A stretch of DNA of 63,760 bases, filler included, from Aduncisulcus paluster (GCA_024181965.1; 24 parts of 24 records of this genome joined end to end with filler, not necessarily neighbours in it), one strand, 5' to 3'; shown: positions 1 through 11,423, counted from the first letter of the whole stretch. Numbers and translations are program-made. Notes: generated by a model not told the origin, from the letters alone.

Positions 1-790
1 CTTCATCGCAAATACAGACTCTAGTATCATCGACAAGAGCACAACCGTTTGCAGCAAAACCGCAGTCGGGACATTGAAGCTCATCACAAGCATCTCCTGT
101 CCAATAGGAATTTTCACAATCGCATTTATATGTTGACTCTAAAATACATTCCCCATGCACACAGTCATTGACACACGTTTGGCTACCACAGGAAGTTCCC
201 TCCCATCCACTATCACAAACACATTCTACGTCAGAAAGGTCTTCTAAAAATAGACAAGTACCATGAGTTGTGCAGGTGGAACCACAATCTAATACAGTGC
301 ATCGATTATCATCATCCATTGTAAAAAAATCATCACATAAACATTCATTGCCACTAAGACATACCCCGTGACCACATTCGGGAGTACAATCGTTATAACA
401 ACCACCAGTATCTGAATTGAAGAAATACCCTTCTTCAGAACACTCACATACTTGTGATCCGGATGCGTTTATAACACAATGTCCCGCAAGAATACCATCA
501 TCTTCACTACTATACCCACATGCACCTTCAAGATCAGATGGGTCACAAACTGATTTTGAACAATTAGCTCCTGTGGAAGTAGGAAAGCACACACATTCGT
601 AAACGTCTGGATTATTAACAGGATCCACCTCCAAACACAGACCATCGTTGCAAGAAGAGGAGCTAGAACATGAAGCGCCACCTGATATGCCTTCATCGCT
701 ATTATCTTCAAATACGAAAGTTATTTTATAAAAATTGACATTAAATATGATTAAAAAAATTAAAATAAATATTATATATGTTCGGCCCAT
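1..790 (-). CDS. Cysteine-rich EGF-like (tenascin-like) surface protein, 3' partial; missed by the ORF track
   Basis: Hand translation from ATG at 790 gives MGRTYIIFILIFLIIFNVNFYK (hydrophobic signal/anchor), then repeated EGF-like units (CNDGLC..YECVCFPTSTGANC; CGHGVC..NECLC; CVHGEC..YKCDC..WTGDAC). The frame stays open to the window edge. Confidence 0.85.
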   Translation of the reverse strand, partial: MGRTYIIFILIFLIIFNVNFYKITFVFEDNSDEGISGGASCSSSSSCNDGLCLEVDPVNNPDVYECVCFPTSTGANCSKSVCDPSDLEGACGYSSEDDGILAGHCVINASGSQVCECSEEGYFFNSDTGGCYNDCTPECGHGVCLSGNECLCDDFFTMDDDNRCTVLDCGSTCTTHGTCLFLEDLSDVECVCDSGWEGTSCGSQTCVNDCVHGECILESTYKCDCENSYWTGDACDELQCPDCGFAANGCALVDDTRVCICDE

Positions 791-1297
791 TTTATCTTTG
801 AACGAAAATGGCAAAACGACAGAAGTTATTCAACCAATTGGTGAAAACGTAATTTTATTGGTCTTTTTGTTGCACAAATATAATATAATTTCTTGCAGCG
901 TTTATAAAAATTCAGAAAATCATTTATCCAAAGAGATATATGCCATTTTTCAAACTCCGATTATAAATATCAGGTAATATTATCTTCTCATGAAAATATG
1001 AGATATAAATAACTGCCGCTATCCATAATTGTGGTTTAGAGTGGAATTCTTACGGCAATCCATGATGAAATCAAATCTCGATCATTTCTTTTAAAATCCA
1101 ATGAAATATTGTATTTTGTAAATTTTATTGTGAATGAAAAAAGATGTTTTTGACGAATCAAATCCAATAATAGGAGAAATATCCATGAGTGAAGAGATTC
1201 TTGAATTTCTTGTTGTTGCCATTTATTACAGGTTCAAGTTATTAGCCTAACCATCAAAAACCTTGATGACTTGTTATTTCTTCTGAAATGTTGCTTT

Positions 1298-3514
1298 TTA
1301 TTTTATTTCAACCAAGCCACCCTTTGCATCATCACACACACTCTTCCCAGTGTCTCTATTTCCAATCGAGCAAACACAGACCTCTCCATACACGTCCTCT
1401 CCAGAATCTTCAATAATGCAAGGAGAAGGGCACATTGCCACTGAGAAACCTTGGCAGAGGACTCCCGAACACACAGATGACGTGGAATTGAACACAATTA
1501 CATCAGGAATCTCAAGTTCTTCAAACAAAAGAGGGTAAGGCTCAAGTCTTTTGATAATTTTGTGACTTCCGTCTTTGTCCGAATCTTCATCATCATCCAG
1601 CTCATCTTTTCCCACTCGATCATCTTCAGTCTTGACCTTAACAGATCCAAGTTCCATTTTGATGATTCCGCTATGAGATTTCCTAGCCATACCCCTTTTG
1701 CTGCTTCCAAGGATAGTGTCTTCAGCAAACTCATTGGGGCCGAGCTGAGCATCAAGCTCCTGAGAAACTCGCTGGGGCATTGAAAGGATTGTGCTTCGAA
1801 CCCATTTCCCAGTCCCTGTATGGGTGTGAGCAAGGGCACTTTTGAGGTCAACGCCGAGGGAAAGAGGAGCAGGAAATAGGGGGAAAAGAGAACGTTGGTG
1901 GAGAACAAGATCTCGGAAACGACAAAGGAATTGAAGACGAGCACGATTGAGGTCTTTCTCGGAAAGTTCCAATTTGCGTTCATTTTTATCAATCACGGTT
2001 AACATTGCCCCTTCTGCCCGTTTGCTCCTCTCAAGTGCCCTTTTGTTGCGAGAAACTTGTTTAACGAGATCCATGATATTCTTTCGCACATAATCTGCAT
2101 CCATGGAGTGTGAATGGGCAATGATATCAACACCGGGAACGGCAATAACCATACCAGCGACTCGAAGAGAGCAAGGAGAGGGGAGGCAGAGGACATTCCG
2201 ATTGCCTTCAAGGGGGAATAGAGGAGGAGTAACAGAATGGGGGGTCAAAAGCTTAAGGCTGACGGTAACTGGTACAGGGAAGGGTGATGGAGTGACAGTA
2301 AGATCATTTTCCCATCCTGTCAGGATAATCCTTGAGCGAGGTAAAATACGACTTAAATTGGCGACATCACTTGCAACAAAGTTAATAAATACCTTAAGAG
2401 GAGTGACTTCTTCGTCAATACCTTCACTGGATGATAACAGTGATAATAACACAGCAGGAGGGAGCGTAGCAGGAATAAAGGGTCCGTTAACTATAATAAT
2501 GTCAGGTTTTTCTTTAATTAAAACGCGAGAAGCTCTCTTAAAACCTTCAAATTTCCAATGAGAAGCATCATAAATTAACATATCTTTTTCTGATTCTGAT
2601 TCCGATTCTTCTTCTTCCTCTTTCCTCATTTCTTTCTTCACTTTAATAAATTCAGTTGTTTTTTCTTCATCTTTAGCCACTTCACTTTTTTTGGGAATAG
2701 TTGAAATANNNNNNNNNNNNNNNNNNNNGGATGATAACAGTGATAATAACACAGCAGGAGGGAGCGTAGCAGGAATAAAGGGTCCGTTAACTATAATAAT
2801 GTCAGGTTTTTCTTTAATTAAAACGCGAGAAGCTCTCTTAAAACCTTCAAATTTCCAATGAGAAGCATCATAAATTAACATATCTTTTTCTGATTCTGAT
2901 TCCGATTCTTCTTCTTCCTCTTTCCTCATTTCTTTCTTCACTTTAATAAATTCAGTTGTTTTTTCTTCATCTTTAGCCACTTCACTTTTTTTGGGAATAG
3001 TTGAAATATAAGGCCCACATATCGAACATATTTTGAGCGGTTTATCCTGTAACTTCTTTTTATCCTCTGAAGGAGTTGATTTTTCATCCAATTCAACTGG
3101 TAATCCTGGAATAATATGCGTAACCATTACATTGTTACCCTTTTCCACTCTTCTCCCACGAAGAGCAATATATTGACCATCCACGAGCTGTGGTACGGTT
3201 CTTCCTGCAACTTGTATCGATTTTATATGAGGGGTTTGAGTTTTATGATCTAAATCAATAGTTTCAACATATACGGCACTATTCATTCTATCGAGTACAA
3301 TTCTCCCACCAGCAACAAATGGAGAATCATCATCTTCATCGTCTTGAATTCCACTTGTATCTAATATTACATCAGTCTTGGATACGGAATATTGTTTTAG
3401 CAATTCATAATTATCAGTAAACGTTTGAACAAGACGTTTAATTGGCCGGAATAATCCAACAGATACATCAATATCAAGCCTAAAACGTGGTTTCTTTGTT
3501 GTTGGTTTGCCCAT
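1298..3514 (-). CDS. POLA2: DNA polymerase alpha B (regulatory) subunit; about 638 aa once the artefactual duplication is removed
   Basis: OB-like segment (LVDGQYIALRG) and inactive phosphoesterase motifs ICGPY, PDIIIVNGPF, LPSPCSL..G..IAV, HQRSLFPLFP, PDVIV. Confidence 0.8.
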   Translation of the reverse strand: MGKPTTKKPRFRLDIDVSVGLFRPIKRLVQTFTDNYELLKQYSVSKTDVILDTSGIQDDEDDDSPFVAGGRIVLDRMNSAVYVETIDLDHKTQTPHIKSIQVAGRTVPQLVDGQYIALRGRRVEKGNNVMVTHIIPGLPVELDEKSTPSEDKKKLQDKPLKICSICGPYISTIPKKSEVAKDEEKTTEFIKVKKEMRKEEEEESESESEKDMLIYDASHWKFEGFKRASRVLIKEKPDIIIVNGPFIPATLPPAVLLSLLSSXXXXXXXISTIPKKSEVAKDEEKTTEFIKVKKEMRKEEEEESESESEKDMLIYDASHWKFEGFKRASRVLIKEKPDIIIVNGPFIPATLPPAVLLSLLSSSEGIDEEVTPLKVFINFVASDVANLSRILPRSRIILTGWENDLTVTPSPFPVPVTVSLKLLTPHSVTPPLFPLEGNRNVLCLPSPCSLRVAGMVIAVPGVDIIAHSHSMDADYVRKNIMDLVKQVSRNKRALERSKRAEGAMLTVIDKNERKLELSEKDLNRARLQFLCRFRDLVLHQRSLFPLFPAPLSLGVDLKSALAHTHTGTGKWVRSTILSMPQRVSQELDAQLGPNEFAEDTILGSSKRGMARKSHSGIIKMELGSVKVKTEDDRVGKDELDDDEDSDKDGSHKIIKRLEPYPLLFEELEIPDVIVFNSTSSVCSGVLCQGFSVAMCPSPCIIEDSGEDVYGEVCVCSIGNRDTGKSVCDDAKGGLVEIK
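2429..3008. other. Assembly artefact: 280-bp duplication (2429-2708 = 2729-3008) flanking a 20-N gap
   Basis: The same sequence lies on both sides of the gap at offset 300, creating a false 100-aa repeat in POLA2. Confidence 0.92.
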
Positions 3515-3820
3515 TTCGACAAGAAGGGCATTTTCTTGTTATTGTTTGAAGATGTCAATAAATGAAACAAATTCCGAGATAAATTGAGTTTATTTGACAT
3601 ATTCTGAAACATTCATGAAAAAATAAATCTTTGAAATCTTATTCTTCGGGGGATTGAATCGAAATATTGGTCGGACTAAGACAGAAGGAATGATGGCTAA
3701 ATAAATTTAATTATTTAATAAAATCGTGATAATTTGCTTTATTTGTCCATTAGAATTATATTTCCTGCATTTAACTTTGAGAAAATAAATCGACCATTTT
3801 TTCGGAAGAGAAGAGGGCTC

Positions 3821-5602
3821 ATGGTGAGGAGAGCGACTAGGTTAACCAAAATTCATGAGCAAGATGAAAAAAGAAAGGAGAGAATGGAGCAACAATTTGA
3901 GCTAGGTCAGAAAATGCACCAATCTCTTATTGAGCGTTTACAGAGTGGTGACCAACAATTACAAGAAGGAAAGAAGCGTAAAGAAATTGAAACTTCATAT
4001 ACTTCGATTGAAGAGTTCCCCGAAGGAACAAATTCAGATAGAGTTCGTGTTTGTTCTAAGGATAAAACTGTGCTCTTCCCACTCTTTGGAAGGCCAGTTC
4101 CTGTTCATTGCTCCAATATTACATCTGTTTCTTGCTCTGTTGCTGGGGCTATCTCGACCCTTCGTGTGAATTTGGATATCCCCAAACAAAACACGACTGA
4201 TCCTATCCGTCCTGAATTTGTTGGTTTATCCTTTATCAAGGAGCTTACTTTTCAAAGTGCAGACCCTAAAGCTTTCGTTCTTATTGAAAAAAAGATTCGT
4301 GAATGGAAGAGACAGAGAACTCAACGTGAATCTGATCGTAAGAAGAGAGCTGTTATCATTAGTCAAGGTTCTCTTGTTAAATTCCCGACTGCCACTGCTC
4401 CCAAATTGCGCCAAGTTAAGATTTACCTTCCAGGTAGAACAAAAGGAAATGAAAATGGTCAACTCATTGCCCATGCCAATGGGTTTAGATTTGTCTCAAC
4501 AAAAGGAAATACATTTGATTTATTATATAAGACAATTCGTTATGCTATTTTCCAACCGGCTTGGAAGAGTGAAACCAAGGTTATTCTTCACTTCCACTTA
4601 TACGGCCCTATTTCAGCTGTTATGAAAGGAACCACATCCCGTGGAAGTATTCCCACTGCTCAAGATGTTCAAATATATGCTCAAGTTGATTCTTTGTCCT
4701 CCGTGGCCTCCTCCTCCAGACGTTCTTACAAGGAAGAGATGCAAGAAGAGGTGAGGATGAGAAGGGAGATTAAGAAGCGTGTTCGTGACTTTGTTCAGTT
4801 TATTACTCGTGTTAGAGAGCATCTCAAGAAACGTGAGGAGGATGGAAAGGATGATCGATTCAAGTTCCAAGCCCCCAAGGAGAAGTTTGGTTTCAAAGGA
4901 AGCAGTGGTCGTTTATTCTATCCCGCAGCCCATTGTCTTGTTTCTCTCACCAAGCTGCCCCATGTTGTTGTCCCCTGGGATGATGTTGAGTTCGTTGTGT
5001 TCGAGAGGCTTGTCATGCGTCTATCGTCATTCGATCTCACCTTTGTCTTCAAGGATCTCAGTCAGGAGCCTTACCAGATCAGAGCTGTGCCATTCGAATA
5101 TCTTGAGCAGCTCCAAGACTTCTTCAATAACTTTGAGATCAAGTATTTCACCAGTACAACCTCCATTGGTTGGGCGATGATTGCCAAGAAGCTCCTTAAG
5201 GATGAGAAATCATATAGGGATTTCTTGCTTGAGGAAGGGGGTTGGCCTGCACTCTTTGGCGAACGTGTTCTTGATGAGGATGAGGTCGAGGAAGAGGAGC
5301 CCGAGGAAGAGGTCTTCAAGGAATACAGTGATGAAGGGAGCGAGTTCGTTGATGAGGAGGATAGTGATGAATTCGTCGATGAAGATGAACTCGAGAAGGA
5401 AATGGAGGAAAGAAAGGCTGAAAAGAAACGTAGAGAACAGGCGGATGACGAAAGCTCAGAGGAAGAAACTGAAGAGGAAGATTGGGAAGAACAACAGAGA
5501 AGAGCTAAGCTTGAAGATGCCAAGAAAATGAGAGCTCAAGAACGTGGACAACCTTTCAGTGATGGAGGGCAACTCAGAAGGAAAAAACACCGATTCCTTT
5601 GA
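3821..5602 (+). CDS. SPT16: FACT complex subunit SPT16 (dimerisation, middle and acidic domains only), 593 aa
   Basis: Motifs TVLFPLFGRPVPVH, TLRVNL, FIKELTFQS, GQLIAHANGFRF, IRYAIFQPA, VILHFHL, DVQIY, VEFVVFERL, FDLTFVFKD, FLLEEGGW and an acidic tail. The first in-frame ATG is at 3821. Confidence 0.9.
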   Translation: MVRRATRLTKIHEQDEKRKERMEQQFELGQKMHQSLIERLQSGDQQLQEGKKRKEIETSYTSIEEFPEGTNSDRVRVCSKDKTVLFPLFGRPVPVHCSNITSVSCSVAGAISTLRVNLDIPKQNTTDPIRPEFVGLSFIKELTFQSADPKAFVLIEKKIREWKRQRTQRESDRKKRAVIISQGSLVKFPTATAPKLRQVKIYLPGRTKGNENGQLIAHANGFRFVSTKGNTFDLLYKTIRYAIFQPAWKSETKVILHFHLYGPISAVMKGTTSRGSIPTAQDVQIYAQVDSLSSVASSSRRSYKEEMQEEVRMRREIKKRVRDFVQFITRVREHLKKREEDGKDDRFKFQAPKEKFGFKGSSGRLFYPAAHCLVSLTKLPHVVVPWDDVEFVVFERLVMRLSSFDLTFVFKDLSQEPYQIRAVPFEYLEQLQDFFNNFEIKYFTSTTSIGWAMIAKKLLKDEKSYRDFLLEEGGWPALFGERVLDEDEVEEEEPEEEVFKEYSDEGSEFVDEEDSDEFVDEDELEKEMEERKAEKKRREQADDESSEEETEEEDWEEQQRRAKLEDAKKMRAQERGQPFSDGGQLRRKKHRFL

Positions 5603-5805
5603 ATTTAAGAATCATGACTTGGTGAATGATTTTTTTTGACCGTTGTTGTGTTGCGTGTTCTGAAAAAAAAGATGAAAATAAAGGATATATTTAACTTGTT
5701 TGAGAGTTTTGATTTTATATATGATATTTATTTTCTAAATTGTAAACCACAATTGAAACCAAGTTTAAACTTGAAGTTTTGGTACACAATCCAAGATAAC
5801 AAACA

Positions 5806-6513
5806 ATGGGTATAAATTTATATTTGGTCAGACACGGAAATACATCATGGAATACATCTGACAAGTTCCGTGGAAAGGCAGATATCTTCCTCTCAGAACT
5901 CGGTCGTGAACAGGCGACATCTCAAGGGAAAAGACTTTCAAAAGTTAAATTTGCTCATGTATATTGTTCTCCTCTTAAAAGAGCTCAGGAAACAGCCACA
6001 AAAATAATTTCTCTTAACTGTACTCCTGGACTCAAGGAAAAACTCGAAATCAAACCAGAATTGGCTTCTGTTGATTATGGTATGTGGGAAGGCCTTACAC
6101 CAGCTGAAGTTGAAGAAAAATGGCCAGGATCTTTTGATAAATATGCTAAAGAACCTCATACTGTTGTGTTTCCAGGTGGAGAATCTCTCTCACAAAGATT
6201 AGACAAAGTTTTGACAGTTTTAGATGAAGCCCTTTTGAAATATGGGGATAAGAAAGATTCTGAGGGTAATGATTTAAATATTTTATTCGTTACTCACCAA
6301 GTTGTCACCAGAACCTTTTTGTGTCATTGCTTTAAACTTCCTGATGCTAGAGGATATTGGTCTATTGGTCAAGAAACTGCTTGTCTTAATATTATTACAA
6401 TTGCAGAAAGGGATGAGTGTGTGGTTGAAAAAATGAATATTGGTCCCTTCGATCCTATGAAAATCGAAGAAACCGAATCAGTCACCACAGACTGTGGGGA
6501 AGAAGAAAAATAG
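5806..6513 (+). CDS. Histidine phosphatase (phosphoglycerate mutase family; PspA/CobC-like)
   Basis: LYLVRHG catalytic motif, plus SPLKRAQET, DYGMWEG, FPGGES and second His in ILFVTH. Confidence 0.9.
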   Translation: MGINLYLVRHGNTSWNTSDKFRGKADIFLSELGREQATSQGKRLSKVKFAHVYCSPLKRAQETATKIISLNCTPGLKEKLEIKPELASVDYGMWEGLTPAEVEEKWPGSFDKYAKEPHTVVFPGGESLSQRLDKVLTVLDEALLKYGDKKDSEGNDLNILFVTHQVVTRTFLCHCFKLPDARGYWSIGQETACLNIITIAERDECVVEKMNIGPFDPMKIEETESVTTDCGEEEK

Positions 6514-7915
6514 GACAATCTAAACGATGAATTTCATTTAAATTCAGTCTTTTTTTATTTGTTTTGTTAAATTTTGTTATTGTTTTTTCGAAATGTCGCT
6601 TTGAACAATTTATGGTTCATTATGTGTCCTTTTTTATATTGTTTTGGGAATATTTCTAATTCGATCATCAGATCTTCTGATCTGTGTCGTTTATTTATCG
6701 GACGAAGCAAGTTCTTGCTCTGATATTGGCAACTTGCCATTGAAGATGCAAGATTTTCTTCCCAAAACGAATAAAATATCATTCTTACATTTATGAGTTT
6801 GTCTTATTAATAATTAACACATATCGTTAAGGAAGGGGAGTGTTCGTTTTCAATTTCAAACAAAAAGTGACTTTCCGGAGTCTCCGGACCGGAGATAATG
6901 AGGTAATCTAATTTATATCCCCTCTATATCACAGCATTAAAAACATTTATAACCAAATCAACCCTTATGTATGTATTTTGTTCCTAGATGGAGCCTCAGC
7001 TTCGTTCTTGAGACCGTCTCATGAGAGTGGCTCTCATATCGGATATGATGATGGGTATGCGTTGTTAATCGACTCATTGCCATTTTTTCGGAAAGAATTA
7101 TGTTTTTAAGTACGTTTTTACTGGATTTTGTTGTGTATGTGGATTCCACATTGTGGAAAGTATTTTAAGAAGGTTATTGCAGCTCCGGCGAGAAAAGTAA
7201 TTTTGTTGATTTATTATTTGTAAGATAACGTTATCATATATCCACGGATAAGGTTGACTCTCCTACACTTTGCTGATTCAGAAAAGATATTCTGTCAGGC
7301 ATGGATTCCGCTTTATATGAGACTCAAGGCATCATTAAGTTGTATTTGATCATTTGAAGAGTATGTTAACCACATTGGTGATCAATTAAAATATAAAATA
7401 ACTTGAAATAAAATAATACAATCAAAAAAAAATATATATATATATCTAAAAAGAAAACCCAATTCGGGAGATTGATATCAAGTAAAAATCAGTAAAACTT
7501 TGATTAGAATTACACCTATAATAGTTAAGATAGAACATATAGTGGTACAGTACAAAAAGATTGAGGCAAGTTGAGTGAAATGATAATCATGGAAAGTCCC
7601 GAAGTATGAATTGTTAATAAAAAAAAATTAATGTCAAAAAATTATTGAAGATTATTGAAGAATTTTGAAAGTCACTGGATGGGAAGAAGGGCATTATTAA
7701 AAGGTTAAAATAATAATCTTGGGTAGTACATTATCCAATGACAAATATTAAATTAAATTGGATCTCGTTAAGATTTGATTTGGGATAATAGTCAAAGAAA
7801 ATTGAATATTAGAAGAAATTACCTTTTTGATCCAATAAATTGAACAGAAATAAGTTTCTAAAAATGAATTAAATAGATCTAATAATAGATCATAATTAGT
7901 ATCAATGAGTAAATA

Positions 7916-10900
7916 TTATTCCACCCATCCTGTAATCCGATAGAAGAGGGCAGAGTCAGTGTTTGATGAACTATCTGAGAGCATAACTCTTACAATGACT
8001 TGGCCAGACTCATCGGGAGTCACACCGTCGCAAATGATCTTAGTAAGGTCATCAACAGAGTCGCTCAGAGTGTAGGTACAACTTCCACCGTTATCCGTGC
8101 TCACAGAGGACACCTGCATGAAACTATTGGCATACACATTAAGCACAACAACGCTGTAGCTGTCTGATTTAATGGGATTGAAGCTCACACTCATGGCTCC
8201 AGCACTCACTTCCTCAGACTTCACAAGGAGAGATCCAGATAGAGTCAGATGAAGATCAGCCGTAGCATTGAAAAAGATGGGAGATACTGCGAGCCAGGAG
8301 GGCACACTCACAGATAATTCAACATTCGTATCGTCAAAAGCAAAGTACTCGTTTGTACTGTCAGAATACAAGTTAGCAGGCCATTCATCATTGGATGAAT
8401 CGTACCAGAGGTACAAGAGTTGAAGATCAAGAGATTCCTCTGAACCAGAGAGAGAGAGGGAATACAACACATATGTCACCATAAATTGATGAAAAGAGGG
8501 TAATGTTTGAACCAAGAGGGAGATATCCCTCACCATCAAGAGTTTGAAGGGCAGAATTGGAACCGATCTGGGAATATCCTCCAGTTTTACCCATTTTGAG
8601 CACAGTGATATTGGTTTCAAACTCATTGGTATACGGTTCGACAGTGGTATCAATACAAACAGAATAGAACATAATGGCGAATAATGGACGATTACTCATA
8701 ACATCCATAGTAATTGACACTTCCCCGATTGCCTCGTAGTTTATGACTCCATCAACACTCGAGAATGAAGCTTCATATATCTGGGTTGGACGAATATCCA
8801 TTGAATTGGCATTCTCAAAGTGGAGGTGATAAATACCATAAAGGTTATAATAAGAATCGATACTTTCCTCAAGCTTAATTCCAGCAATGTGGACTCCACC
8901 AATAGAATCAGCGACAACACCGTAGGGTTTGAAACTGACAGAATAGCTCTTTGGAAGATCACCAATCATCATGGCACTGAAGGAAGGCCACACAAGGATA
9001 GAATGACTACTGGCATCGGTAACATAGACCTGTCCAGTTTGTGAGATAGCAACGTTCAAGTTAGCGCTCTGAGTATCCTCTTCGAGCGTTAGCTCAATGT
9101 CGTACACAGAATTGCCAATATATTCGCCATTCAAAATTAGCATACACTCAAGTGTGTACACTGATGTTCCAGATAGAAGGAAGTTGACACCACATGCAAC
9201 AGAAGCATCATATACAATCGTGTCCTCGTTCGACAAGTTTGTATAAGTTAATGGATCAGTGAAGGATATGGTTGAAGAAGCTACATATTGGATATTGGAA
9301 CTGGCAAACTTAGCTTCTGGCAGCGAATCCATGTCAGCATCCCAGTCAGTACCATCAATGGTGAAAGTGTAAACAGCTCCTTTAGAGTTTAAATATATTC
9401 CAACACCGTTATCACCAATAGAGAAGGAAGGGGAATTGGAAATGTCAAGATCAGCATCGAAATCATAGGATTCCTTGGAGGTGAAATCATCAGCAAATGT
9501 GAAGAAAGGGGCCAGAGTCCCAAGGGTCTCCACACTAGGGTGTAAATTACTAACTTCTCCACGGACAGATTGCATGTAGATGGTCTCGGTGCTGCCTTTT
9601 ACAATGGAGAGTGAAGATGAATAGAAGATAAAGGGACTGGCATTTTCGTCGAGGGTTTCAGAGAGGTATAAATTAACCGAAGAAAGGTTCCCGATGGTTC
9701 TTTCAGAGAAATTGTCGAAGGTCACAGTAACCATGGAATCAGCAGCCTCAGATGAAATATCTCCAGATGCAGCAAAGAAAAGTTTGATTTCTCCAGATGT
9801 TTCATCCAAAGTTCCCTCAATAACATCACAATCAAGAGTTGTGCCACTGGATGTTACTTCAGCAATGGAACAATGCATAATCAATCTATTGATGTGTCCA
9901 GCACTGTTCTGATATGTTTGGCCACTGATTCCCGTCAACCCATTCATATCGTCGTACAAGAAGATAGTGTTGCCACGGACAGTGTATCCGTCATCCAAGA
10001 GAGCGAGAGAATCGGCAACAGAATGCTGAACATCGTCAAGAACAGTCGATATCTTGGGGGAGTAAGGTTTCCATGAAAGGGCAGCAACAGACTCATCATC
10101 TATTTCATCATCAGCGATAGCAGTGAGATAGAGATTGGATGAAAGGGCTTCGGGGAAGGAAGGGTGGATAATCTGAGGATTAGCACTATCTTCACGAGCA
10201 TCGAGGTAGAATATATTATCCATGTCAGTTGATACCTTAACGTCACTCTTCTTGACATATTGACTGTGGTGATGCAACTCATCGGCATCGTTGCCCTGTG
10301 TCAGGGTTGTGTACTGGTCACCAGAAAGATGGACATCCTCGGCTGAGTTAGTCATGAAATCAGAGTGCGAGAGGTCCAATATTGTCAACGTGTCGTCATT
10401 TTTAGTGTCAACTTGAAGAGTTCTAACGTAATGTTCAGGATCCGAGACAGAAGAATCTCTAGGAATGATCTTGGCACCATATTCCAGCAAACTATCCTCA
10501 TCAACAATGGTTCCATCGGTTTGGGTGGGGGTTCTTATAAACCATGTTCCTGTACTGTCCTCGTTCCCAGACTCAATGGGAATAGAGTCAAAGGGGAGAA
10601 GGCCAAGATCAGTCAGTTCAACGAGCTTCTCCTCAATCTTGTCGTGATAAAGGGCATGAGAATGACCAGGATCGGAAGTGACGGTCGTTAGTTTGGTGAG
10701 AGTGTCCTCACTAATGTGAACATCACCACCTTTAATACCGTCCATATCAGAATGGACAACCTTATGGTCTCCAATCATTAAAATACCATCAACATATTGT
10801 GTGTCATTCGTGCTTTCCATTGTTTGGACACCATTTAAAATTAATGAACTCTTTGAGATCTGGCGATTCATTCCAGAGGAAAGATAAGTGGAAGAAAGAG

Positions 10901-11423
10901 ATATCGAATCGGTGGTTGAGGTTTCGGAAAATCCTAATAATCCAACGAGGGCAGGCCATGCCTTAAACTTAATAATCACATAACTGAAAGCAACAATAAT
11001 AACAATAAATAAAACTCCAAATAAAATAGCTAAAATAATTAAATTCAATTTAAGAGCCCTAACGGTCTGTTTTTTCTCAATAGTTTGCCTCTTTTTCGCA
11101 GCTTTGCTTTCTTTTTTAACCTTAGGGGCAGAGGTAGCATCGGGTTCAACTCGATGACCGATAGCAGAATCAAACATGGTCGAAGAAATGGGTGCCGGTG
11201 TCATAATGATACCAGAATCTTCCATGGTGGTAGAAATTACGGAGGCCGGTGTTATCATTGGGGCTATAATACCAGTAGAAGGCTTTGATCCAAGAAAAGG
11301 ATCTAATGCTCCAGCGACATCGGCCATTTCGGGCATTTTGGGGTCTGATGCCTTTGGTACTGTTTCTTCAACATCAACATGATCTGGAGAAATAGCAGCG
11401 ACATCTCCAAGATAGTCAAACAT
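7916..11423 (-). CDS. Large type II single-pass membrane protein with His-rich repeats and NHL-like motifs; frameshift at (AG)6 8447-8458
   Basis: The 998-aa ORF has one TM segment (LIILAILFGVLFIVIIVAFSYVII). The overlapping ORF 7916-8653 continues with the same Ser/Asp-rich composition after the microsatellite. Adding 2 nt joins them into about 1169 aa. Confidence 0.75.

Noticed and set aside
2429-3008. Internal 100-aa tandem repeat in POLA2 (and similar repeats at 14193, 28197, 41502)
   Set aside because: Each is a near-exact copy on both sides of a 20-N gap, typical of unmerged scaffold overlaps.
3515-3617. Upstream in-frame ATG for POLA2 with two internal TAA codons (MNVSEYVK*..KQ*QENALLVEM), suggesting hexamitid-type TAR=Gln recoding
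   Set aside because: TAA/TAG end POLA2, the phosphatase, CFAP57, DDX6 and PGK at sensible positions, and multi-kb ORFs have no internal TAR. This is most likely AT-rich 5' flank.
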